Shown: piece after piece, positions 52,800 to 64,000 of the stretch
Numbering within the stretch: the first letter of the stretch is position 1
Layout of the letters: every line of letters begins with the position of its first letter
The notes under the pieces: model-generated
The model's database searches: none
Told to the model about the DNA's origin: nothing
The model's input: the letters and a program-made list of their open reading frames with translations, nothing else
Translations under genes and position numbers: made by a program
NCBI RefSeq assembly: GCF_009914755.1
Contig: NC_060931.1
Reading direction: 5' to 3' (one strand)
Source of the DNA: the human T2T-CHM13v2.0 reference genome, Homo sapiens
Length of the DNA stretch: 64,000 nt

Positions 52800-52948
52800 A
52801 AGACTTAACTGATGGTTCATATGATGATGTTCTAAATGCTGAACAACTTCAGAAACTCCTTTACCTGCTGGAGTCAACGGAGGATCCTGTAATTATTGAA
52901 AGAGCTTTGATTACTTTGGGTAACAATGCAGCCTTTTCAGTTAACCAA
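52800..52948 (+). CDS. ARMC10: ARMC10 exon 3 (149 nt), EDLTDGSYDDVLNAEQLQKLLYLLESTEDPVIIERALITLGNNAAFSVNQ, start of the armadillo-like domain
   Basis: Pyrimidine tract + CAG acceptor, CAA|GTAAGT donor, frame consistent. Confidence 0.95.
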
Positions 52949-54658
52949 GTAAGTACCTCAACTCAGCAAGCAAGCTCTTTCCATTCTTACACACTAGCGG
53001 TAATTGTGACCCTGAATAAATTACTTAACCTCTCAGACCCTCTATTTCCTCATCTGTGCAATGTGGCTACTTATACTTAAAACATAATGTTTGTTTACTT
53101 CTGAAAAACACAGCCTAATAGTGATATGATTATTAATGTGATTATAGATCCCTATGAAGTTGGTCACTGGCATCACATTCGTAAGTATATCTAATCAACG
53201 TTTACCATTTCATGGCCTTTTAAATTATTTAAAATTCAGCAGTGCTTCAGTAAAACAATGAATGCATCTAACATTTAAGTACATACTTTAAATTGTATAT
53301 CGGTCTTATGAATATGATTCTGATGCTGATGGTCCCTGGACCACACTCTGATAACCACTAATCAATGTAAATGGCTCCTGCAAATGGAGACTTAACACTA
53401 AGACTAAAGAGCTTAATTTGAACATGTGCTTCTTCCTACTCTTCCTCACAACCCTCCAGCATGAAAAAATAGTTAAAACAAAATTTCGTAATTGTTTTCA
53501 GCCAATGCCCTTTGTTAACATTGTCATAAGTACAAAATTATTTTGAATTTATAGTTTTTTTTAGCCCAGCTTTCTCCAGAATGGCAAGGTTTACTGTAAA
53601 GCTCTATAAACGTATAGGGAGATAGAGAATCTTTGTGCATTATGTACTCTTTCAGTTATAAATGACAGAATTCACTTTAAATTATTTTAAGCCTAAAAGG
53701 GAAAATATTGAGCTCAGCTAACTTGGACAGCGAAGAATAGCATTGATTTCAGGCACAACTGAGTCCAGTTCAAGGTTGCAGAGTTCCCAGAGTTCTCTCT
53801 TTCTCTACCTTTTGGCTTTGCTTATGGCCGCTCAATTTTATGTATTGGTCTTTATCTTTCTGGCCACAAAGTGGTTTTCTTCACCAGGGTTGAAAGAAAG
53901 CCACTAGCCTCTCTAAGCCTTCATCTCTGTAGCTCATTATCCAAAAGGTACAGTTGTTCTTCTAGGATCCAGTGTTAACCCTTTGGATCAATCTCCGGGG
54001 CAATTTCTGGATCAGTCGAGGGACCATGGCCCATGTTTATTGAGGCCTGGTTCACATGAGCATCCTGCAGCTAAGTAGCAGGGATGGCTGTGAATACAAG
54101 TGAACAACAATCCCAGCAGGGACCGTGTGGGACAGAGGAGATGCCACATCTGCCCCCGTGGAAAGAGAGCCACTAGACAAGCAAAAACAATAGCTAGTGA
54201 TTAATGTGTTAGCCTGCCTTTAAAGAAGTATTTCTGATGGCATAATTTTGTATTCCTCTAAAATAAGTTGTAGTCAGAGTAGGAGTAGGCCAGTACCCAC
54301 TGGAGAAGAAGTACTTTCTTGAGCAGCGGGGGTCAGTGCCCTCACCATCAATTATAGTACCTTAATCTGCTTTAACAATACAGTTAAAAAAAAAAAAAAC
54401 TTTTCTAGTAACTGCAAGTCCTTCGAAAGAACTTGAAATTGTAAAGGGAAAGTTTATTTCTCTTTTAATGCTAAGATCACCCTTAACGGTAAAATGGAGT
54501 ATTGAGCTATTTCTAAGAAGTAGATTTTGGCAGTCTTTTTCTTTTTTCCTGCTAGAATAGCATGTCTTCACTTGACAAGAATAATTTTTAGCATATTTTT
54601 CTTACGAGAATTAAAGCAATTTAATTCTTTCAATGTTTGAGCCAAAAGCACATGGTAA

Positions 54659-55066
<408 letters not shown>

Positions 55067-55750
55067 TGATTCTGCAAGATATCAGTGCGTTCCCACCACT
55101 TCCACTGCTGAAAAAATGACCCTTTTTTTGTGTTTAGTTCATAGACATACTATCGTCAACACACCCCTCTTCAAGATTCCCAATGCACATGGACATATTA
55201 AAGAAACATGCTTACTCTTGTTATACTCAGATTTTCCTAAACTTAGATAACCATGGGAAACCACCCCCCCTTATTTTTATGGAACATCTCTTAACATTTT
55301 GAGGGATTAGTGTTTCAAATAATACGTGTTAGCAAAACACTACTTTAGTATTCTAAATCCAAAACACTAACTTTAGTATTCTAAATTATAACACTTTTCC
55401 AGTTTTGCCTATAATGGAGAAGTCATATAACTCATCTCAAAGAAAAATAATTTTATTTGTAAGTTGCTTCAAGATCGTTATAGTATCTCTATAAATTTTT
55501 ATTGTATTTCTCAACATTGTAGTTTAAATAATTATATATCTTAATAATCTTATTTTCAATGGATTTTCTTTACCTATAAAAGTATGGGTAGTGAGATTTT
55601 TTTAAAATATGAATTAAATATTTGTATATGGGAAAGAGATTTCCAAAAAGCCGTTGATTTTTAATTGTATTTGTGGATGCAAAGAATTCAGTGAACGGAG
55701 ATGCATACTGAAGTCCCAGTCCTGCTTTTTTTTTTTTTTTCCCCTCGTAG

Positions 55751-55891
<141 letters not shown>

Positions 55892-56799
55892 TGACTGAAA
55901 ATCACAAATGTATAAGGTTTTCTATAAATAAAAAATAACAAAAAGATGAGTAATGAAACTTTAGTAGACTATCCTTTGTAATTTTACAGCCAAGGATTAC
56001 CTTTAGAGGAATGGAGAATAAGACAGAAGAGGGAGGGACCTGAACTAGCCAATAAGAGGTACAATAAGACTTTTGTTTCAGTAAAATAATGCTTGTTTAT
56101 TCTACAGGTTATCCTCTACATCAGGGACAGGCACTGGTGACAGTAATAGCCTTAAGGCTATAGGCACCAACCAAATAGTGAATATAGTTGGCTGAAAGTT
56201 GGGACAAGACTTTGCGCTAGAACTAGAACTAGTATTACAAGAGATTCATTCAGGGAGCATATCCGATGCTACATATTCATAAATATGGTTGTTAATGCAT
56301 ACAGTTTGGCTAGTTTTGCCTTTGAAATTAAGTGTACTGTATGAGTGTATTGCAAAGTGTTAAGTCACTGTATGCTTTAGCTCTTTCAATGGATGAGGCA
56401 AATGTGCAAATAGATTAAACTGACTTTTACAGAATAACTGTTCCTTTATCTTGTTGTATGGGGAGAAATCCTCCATTTTAGGATGCACATAAAATGCTAA
56501 CCTACGTTACTGACATTGCTTTAATGCTTTTTCAAAAATGTTATTTATGAGGCAGTTAACCTGTAAAAAAAATAGTTAACTTGGTAAATGCCAACAGTTA
56601 AAACACTTCAGCCATGGCATATATAGCCAGAACCCAGTGATACCCCTTGGTTATAGAAAAGAGCAGTGTTTTATGTTTATTATTGAAACAGGACTCCCAT
56701 GTTCAAACTAGAAATTGTCATTCAACAGAACAAATCAGGTCAAGACAATCACGAAACAGGAGACAGGAGGATGTGCTCCTATGAAGAAAAAAACAACAA

Positions 56800-58795
56800 A
56801 TAACCAAACTTTATTTCCTTGAATATAATGTTGATGGCAAGATTTGTAAGAGGTAATCTCTGTATTTAGTTTAGATAAAGACTTCCAGCCCAAAACACTG
56901 TTAAGCAGTAACTGTGAGGAGCTATGCAGAAGTGATGAGAGGCAAGTACTATATAGACTAGAAAATTTAATTTTCTACAGAATTACAGATTACTATGCTA
57001 TGAAGCAAAAGCAGACCATTCTTAATGTATCAAATTGGTGAGCTTATTAATTTCAATAAAAATATATGACCCCCATCACACAAACAGGTAACTCTAAATC
57101 TACTTTGAAAATCTGATCAGTCAAGAAGTATTACCAGTTTGGAGGCTATGTACCAAGTGTCATACCAAAGATAAGGCTGCTGTCCTCACAGAATATATGG
57201 GGTCATTGACAATCAATTAGAATATCCAATGAAGTGGATATTCTAATATTTGGAGAAATATTGGAAAACTAGCAAAGTGCCCTGGAAATTATGTGTTCTT
57301 GCCCTTCCACAAGACGTATAGATCCAGATGAGATTAGTTTGGAATAGGGGTCTTTTTTTAGTCCAGAAAATCTTTAGAGTCCAATACAGTTATGGCTAAT
57401 CAGAGACTAAAGAACCTTTATGAAAGTAAGTAGGATTGGAAGTCCTTGGAAATTGAGAACGCTTATTTTGAATTAGCATGTTTTAATCAAAGGTATAGAA
57501 TTAATCAAGTATCAGTTAAGAATTTCTGGAATGCACTCCAATGCCAGAAGACCACTAGCATGCTATTTTGTACTATGAAGATTTCCTGATTTGAAATAGA
57601 AGGTAAAAAAAAATATTGCCAGCCATAAAATAAATTTTACTCTACTTGCTTAGTTCTCCAAAGAAAAATCTTACTTTTTTCCCATAAGAAACTCACTGGA
57701 TCAAATGAATGTTAATTAAACAAAAGATTGTGTAAGTAAAACTGGGCAAAAGACAACCTCTGAAATCCATGAAAGAATTAATCATCAAAAGAGAAGAATC
57801 ATTTTTACAGTAGCCCCATTGCCGTGAGAGATATTTTCATGAGCCTGGGCCACCTCTCCAACATATAGTGAGAACTTATTACAGGTTTCAGCCAACCAAT
57901 TTCCATTCCAGCTTGACAGGCTGCTGCAAATTGCTGAGATTCCTCCTTGGTTGAGGAAAATAGAGTAACGACAATTTTACTAGACTCTTTTGCCATAGTG
58001 TCCCATGGGTTTATTTCAATGGTACCACTGTTGCCAACACCTATTACTTATCTTCCATATGACAAACAATTCGCATATTTACTAAGATTTATATTAGCTA
58101 TTATTTCAATAATCACATCAATTCCTTTCTTATCACACATTTCTTAATTTTATCAACATAGTTAACTTCTTTGTAATTAAACACTTTGTGGGCTCCATTT
58201 TGCAAAAGTCTTTTTGTCCCTCAGTACCAACTGTGCCCAAAACCTTTAAGACATAAACTCTAGCAATTTGGCATGTTGCTACTGCAGCTCCTCCACTAGC
58301 CCCATGAACCAGAACACTCTCCAGCTTTCATACAGACACTGTGAATCAGAGCTCGATATGCAGTAAGATATGGGATACCAATGGCAGCATTTTGTTTAAA
58401 GTCCAGTTTTTCAGGCAGTTTGTAAACAGCGTAATCTGCTCCCAGAGATTGTGCCGGTAGTGAAAACTGTCACTTTTCTTGAAAGTAGATGCATTCCCTC
58501 CAACAGCTTCCGTTACCCCAGTTACATCTGAGCATAGAATAAGGTGGTTTTCTATTATAAATACCAGAGTAAATGTATGTCTCCATGGGGTTGACACCAC
58601 ACGCATGAACCTTGATTACAACTAATGGTCTTTTGGAACTGGTACTGCAACATCTGACTGAGTTTCAGGACTTCTGGTCTACCAAATTCAAACACTCTAA
58701 CAGCTCTCACCAGCTTTTGTTCAGTTGCCATGGTCATCTAGATAAAAGCTCTAGAGTGGGAATCAAAATCTGCAAGGGCTCCTTCATATTCCACT
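56800..58795 (-). pseudogene. CRYZP1: Processed pseudogene of zeta-crystallin/quinone reductase CRYZ (CDS remnant 58731-57785 plus UTR-derived flanks)
   Basis: Intronless match to recalled CRYZ: [24 protein letters not shown]..., [59 protein letters not shown]..., KMILLF-stop; frameshifts, stops and an internal deletion; AATAAA on minus at ~56815-56810. UTR boundaries approximate. Confidence 0.92.
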
Positions 58796-59500
58796 GAAGG
58801 AGGCTGGCCAGGCTGCTTCTAACTTTTGCAGCCAACAAGACTTTTGGAGTTGGGGTTCAGTTTAATCTAAGGGTGCTAAAGGAACCAGGCCAGGGTCAGA
58901 TAATGTCAGCAGAAAAATGCAATATTAGGAAATTATGTTATTTCAATTCAATATTTATCAAACCTCCTGCTTTGTGGTGCAGAGTATACAAATGAGCATG
59001 ATGCAACTCTTGTTCTAAGAAAGGTGGAAGGAAGGATAAGGCAAGTCCTTAAATAATTGTAAGTCAAGGCAGAACATAATGAAGTCCTTTAAAGAAAAAT
59101 GTAAGTAAAACATGATTGAGTACATAGAAAGGAGAGATTTCATCCAAAAGTTTCTGTAAGAGGTGGAGTCTGACCTGGCTCTTGAGAATGTTACCCTACA
59201 GGTAGAGTTGGGGAAGGAGAGAATTCCAAGAGAACAGAACAAGATGAGGTGGACACAGCTGCAGGAATAACTAAGCTGGTCCATTTGGTAATCTTGTTAT
59301 TATAATTGAAATGGTAAAAAGATTCAGATATAATAAGGATGTAAACAGTCCACACATTTTAGGAAATGCCTTGAAAGACATCAGCATCTTACAGAAGTAT
59401 ATGATTTATAAAGAGCTAAATAAATGCCATGTTTTTAAAGGATGGATGTATAATTAAATTGTAACCAAAGAGAACCAGTTGACTTTCAAATGTAAATTAG

Positions 59501-60010
59501 GGCCAGGCGTGGTGGCTCACACCTGTAATCCCAACACTTGGGAGCCACGACAGGAGATTGCTGGAGGCCAAGAGTTCAAGACCAGTCTGGGCAACATAGT
59601 GAGACCCCATTTCTTTATTTTTGTTTGTTTTTGTTTTGAGACGGAGTCTCACTCTTGTTGCCCATGCTGGAGTGCAGTGGTGCAACCTCAGCTCACTGCA
59701 ACCCCTGCCTCCTGTTCAAGCAATTCTCCTGCCTCAGCATCCTGAGTAGCTGGGATTACAGGTGCCCACCACCACGCTTGTAATTTTTTGTATTTTTAAT
59801 AGATATGGGGTCTCACCGTGTTGACCAGTTTGGGTGAGAACCCATTTCTAAAAAAAAAAAAAAAAATTTATTAGCTGGGCATAGTGGCATGCATCTGTAA
59901 TCCCAGCTACTCAGGAGTCTGAGACAGGGGGAATTTGAGGCTGCAGTGAGCTGTTATCACACCACTGCACTCCAGCCTAGGTGACAGAGTGAGACCCTGT
60001 CTCTAAAAAT
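59501..60010. mobile_element. Plus-strand AluJ interrupted at its central linker by an inverted, 5'-truncated Alu (~59615-59835)
   Basis: Left arm, inverted Alu, then right arm; repeat gagaccccatttct / gagaacccatttct flanks the insert. Confidence 0.8.
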
Positions 60011-61162
60011 AAATGTAATTTAGATCTTGAAACCAGATTAAAAGTTTAATCTCTCATTGCTTTACTGCCATTTAGTTTCTATGGTAACATGGATACATTT
60101 GGGATTTTTTTTTAAATTAATAATTGTTTATGGGACAATTGGTAACTTACCACTTCAAATTAGGAAAATTTTCTTAGCAGTTAGAACTTTTGGTGGAGTT
60201 CAGATTTGCTTAAGTGATTAGTAGTTATCTGTAAAACATAATTTTTGTAAGCTAGAAAGCTTATGGCCAGGCCGGACATGGTGGTGCACACCTGTAATCT
60301 CAGCACTTTGGGAGGCTGAGGCAGGCAGATCACTTGAGCTCAAGAGTTTGAGACCAGCCTGGGCAACATGGTGAAACCCTGTCTCTACAAAGAATACAAA
60401 AATTAGCTGGGCATGGTGGCATTGCAGCCTGTGCGGCAGTGAGACCTTGTCCCCCCGGAAAAAAAGAAAGCTCATGGCCAGACACAGAAAGTAGAGTTTC
60501 AGAAAAGTTTCCATCACACTGAGTTTAGTTGTGTCATGTATGATACAAGAGTACTACAGCATTGCATTACTTTTTACCAGTGATAGTTAACAATATTATG
60601 AAGGGGTGAATTTTATATATATATATACACACCTAGGTAAATAAGAACCTTAGGCCAAGTATAATTTTGTTCTGCTTACTTTTGATAGGATTAATTCTAG
60701 GGAAAGATTCTGTTTCACATTATCCTCCCATTCTTTACTTCTGAAATGATGTAGCTCTCTAGACCCTACTGCTAAGGTACTTATTACTATGATACAAAAT
60801 GGCCTCACATCTTCCCTGATCCCAGTGTGCGCAGACCGCAGACCAGTTGAAACCGAAAGGTGGACTAAGATGGGAGGCCTCCAACCAGGGAGAAGCCACT
60901 GGTGTTAACAGCATGATCTCTGGGCTTGGCTATTGCATCCCCACCTGCTGTCTGACATTGGGCAGGGGACCCGAGCTCTTTAAAGACTTAAAAGTCCTTG
61001 TCTGCAAGATAGCCGTAATAGTACAACACCCAACTCATTAGAGTTGTCTTCAGGATTAAGTGAGGAGTATTTGTAAAATGCTAAGCACTGTGCCTGGAAT
61101 TACCAAAGGAAGCTTTTAAAAAGTCAACAACTTTTGAGGGCCAGATAGAAATTTCATATTTT

Positions 61163-61464
61163 GGCCGGGCACAGTGGCTCACGCCTGTAATCCCAGAATT
61201 TTGGGAGGCCGAGGCGGGCGGATCGCGAGGTCAGGAGATCGAGACCATCGTGGCTAACATGGTGAAACCCCGTCTCCACTAAAAATACAAAAAAATTAGC
61301 CGGGCGTGGTGGCGGGCGCCTGTAGTCCCAGCTACTCTGGAGGCTGAGGCAGGAGAATGGCGTGAACCAGGAGGCGGAGCTTGCAGTAAGCTGAGATTGC
61401 GCCACTGAACTCCAGCCTGGGAGACAGCGAGACTCTGTCTCAAAAAAAAAAAAAAAAAAAAAAA
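61163..61464 (+). mobile_element. AluY-like, ~125 bp upstream of ARMC10 exon 5
   Basis: CpG-rich Alu consensus with long A tail. Confidence 0.9.
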
Positions 61465-61589
61465 GTCGTATTTTTTGAGGAGTCGGTTCCATCCTGAGCA
61501 GTAGCCCTACTCCACTGTGCAGAAAAGTGGCTGTTCAGTAGAAAAATTTTGGAGATTCTAAGATGCTCATTTTCCTCCCCTGCCTTCAG

Positions 61590-61766
61590 ATATACATCAG
61601 TCAAGTATGTGAGGATGTCTTCTCTGGTCCTCTGAACTCTGCTGTGCAGCTGGCTGGACTGACATTGTTGACAAACATGACTGTTACCAATGACCACCAG
61701 CACATGCTTCACAGTTACATTACAGACCTGTTCCAGGTGTTACTTACTGGAAATGGAAACACGAAG
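61590..61766 (+). CDS. ARMC10: ARMC10 exon 5 (177 nt), IYISQVCEDVFSGPLNSAVQLAGLTLLTNMTVTNDHQHMLHSYITDLFQVLLTGNGNTK
   Basis: Acceptor cctcccctgccttCAG, donor AAG|GTATGA; overlaps ORF-track 61563..61772; the gene continues beyond the window. Confidence 0.95.
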
Positions 61767-64000
61767 GTATGAAGAGCTATTGTGTCAAGCTTATTAACAT
61801 TGAAATAGTATTTGCAGGCCACCTATCTTAAGTTGATGTGCCTCAAAGAGGAAGATTTATTAAAAACTCACATGGGCCCAAGAAAGTATATTATTTTTAG
61901 TCCCAAATATTCCATTGCAAAATTAACTTTTGAAAACCATCTGTTGTTTCACTTATCAACAGATTCCTGTTCATTTGGTTTTCTGAGAAGCTAGCTTCCC
62001 CCCACCAAATATAGGAACATTGTGATTAAAAGGAGTCTGAGTAATAGTAGTGGTTAGTTGAATATTTTGCTTACCTCAGGGTTAACAAATCATTTTTTTG
62101 ATTCAGTTTGTTGAAAAATATTTCTAAAACAACTTTTAAGCTGTAGTAAATGAAGTGAATTGAATATATGAAAGATGTCTCAGTGCTTCACTCTGTCCAG
62201 TTAGGTTGATATAAGAGGCAACAGATATTGAGCTGAATTAAGTAGGACCTTAGGAGATGCCGTATAAAAAGTTTCTTAAGTAAATCTCTCATATTAGTGT
62301 GCATTCTTATCAATTGCCATTTTTCAAGAAAAAGTAGCATAAAAATAGATTGTAGGCTAATTAAAAGTTCTGATAAGTCGGGTTGATTGTTCATCAAGGC
62401 TTTTTACCATGTTAGTCTGTGTTCTCTGGAACAGTTGAGAGACAAATGCATAAGCATTTTAGAAAGACCAAATGTGAAGCCATACTCCAAATATTCAACA
62501 TCACTGCAGTTATTTTTGAGTTTATCAAGATGTGATTACAGGAGAGTCTTACTGTAGTCCTGCTTTTATGTTTCCAAGGTGTTTGTACATGGACTTTCCT
62601 CTTTTCCAATAGCCAAACTTGTTTGGATGTGATCCAAGATGTACCAAAAGGTATTGAAAATTAAATGTAAGAGTAGTCTTCTAGCAATATTGCACCATTC
62701 CCAGGCAGTTTCCAACGTGCATCAGCATGTCTGTCTCCAGTGGAACAAGATAACTTCCAGCCCCTGAACCCCTGGGGAAACTCCTTCCCTCTTTACTGTA
62801 TGTTGTTGCCACTGTAGGAGAAATCTCTCCTCTGCCTGACTCTGCAGCTGCTTTACCCAGAACCTCAGGAGGAACTCTGAGTCCAGAGCCAGGCTGAGTT
62901 CAGCCAGGCAAGTCTGGCCTTGGGGCTGTATATATCTGTCTCAGACATCGTCTGTGTTTTCATATATTTTTTGACTTTTTAAAAGATGACCCAGACCACA
63001 ATAGTATGTTCTATTTTTGTTTTGTTGTGTTGTGTTTTTCCATTACATTGCTTAGTACAGTATTTCTAGGATAGAAAATTTGCTTTCTTGGTCTGCCTTG
63101 GAACATACCTACCAATTACAACATTGATTTTCCATAAAAATTGAGTTTAAAGTTCCAACTTGCAAATGAACTTTTGGATAGCCATCCATTTGTTAGTGGG
63201 AAAGTGTGTCTGATTTAGGTATTTTCTTAGTAAATAACCACTAAAATGAATGTTTAAATATCTTATTTTGCTTAAGTCAGGGATCTCACTGTACTGTAAT
63301 AACCGTTTGGGTACACCACTGATTGATAACTTAATGCAGATAGTGGAGGATTAACATAAACTGTGTGCTTGTTACATCCTCAATGAAAACAAAACTAATG
63401 GTTTAAAATGTCCTAGTGTCACCACAAGATGGTGCATGTGACGAGGAAAAAAAACATGTCTTAATATGGTTTCAAACCAAAATCCATATATTTGTTTAAT
63501 CTGTAGTTGTACTCTAACTGTATATATATTTTTTTCTCATATTTAACTCCCTTCTACAAAGAATAGCAACATCAGATTTTAATACAGGATACCAAATAGC
63601 TATTGCTGTTGCTATTCCCTGGTTGTATACCTGCCCTCATTGACTATTAGTGGGTCTTAGATTTTGACTTCATCCAGGCTTATTTCGTAAGTTCAGGACC
63701 ATCCTATTTCATACCTCCTGTTCCTATTTTTCTAATTGAAACTTCATTGACATTGGAGCCAGGTGTTTTTTTCCTAACACTTATTCCTAGTGTTGCTGAT
63801 AGCCAGTCAGGCCAGATGAGATCTGATAGTGACCTCCACGGAGTGCACTAAAGAAGGGTCAGAAGTCTCCTTTACTCTTTCAACCCCAGAGGCCTTAATT
63901 TATTAATAGCATCTCTTTGAAAAAGACAATCTCTGCATATTCAAGAAATGTTACCAGTGGACACTGCTGAGGATTGGAAGGGGCCAAAAGCATGGTGGCT

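Noticed and set aside
57785-58731. Functional CRYZ retrogene
   Set aside because: Early frameshift after ~25 codons, internal deletion and in-frame stops

Overview
Human (or great-ape) genomic DNA, recognisable as the head-to-head FBXL13 / ARMC10 locus (7q22.1 in human). A CpG island at about 43.75-44.75 kb holds the first coding exons of both genes, with start codons about 500 bp apart. On the minus strand, three FBXL13 exons (43886-43812, 24859-24756, 24290-24200) splice in frame into a 90-aa N-terminal segment that looks like an RIIa/Dpy-30 dimerization-docking domain; the gene continues beyond position 1. On the plus strand are ARMC10 coding exons 1-5 (44389-61766), continuing past the window end. 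ARMC10 intron 4 contains an antisense processed CRYZ pseudogene. The rest is intronic and rich in transposable elements: a solo LTR12C, a 5'-intact but 3'-truncated L1PA, a two-LTR MER57-type provirus with a tRNA-Leu primer site, a rare SVA2-like VNTR retroposon with a 13-bp TSD, MER1B/MER2/Tigger DNA transposons, MaLR LTRs and more than 30 Alus. I found no CRISPR array, tRNA/rRNA gene or wholly new protein-coding system. The most interesting leads are regulatory: a frame-switch controlling the FBXL13 docking domain, a sense-oriented LTR12C candidate alternative promoter, and the SVA2 element. Gene and repeat-family names come from recalled reference sequences, not from a search.
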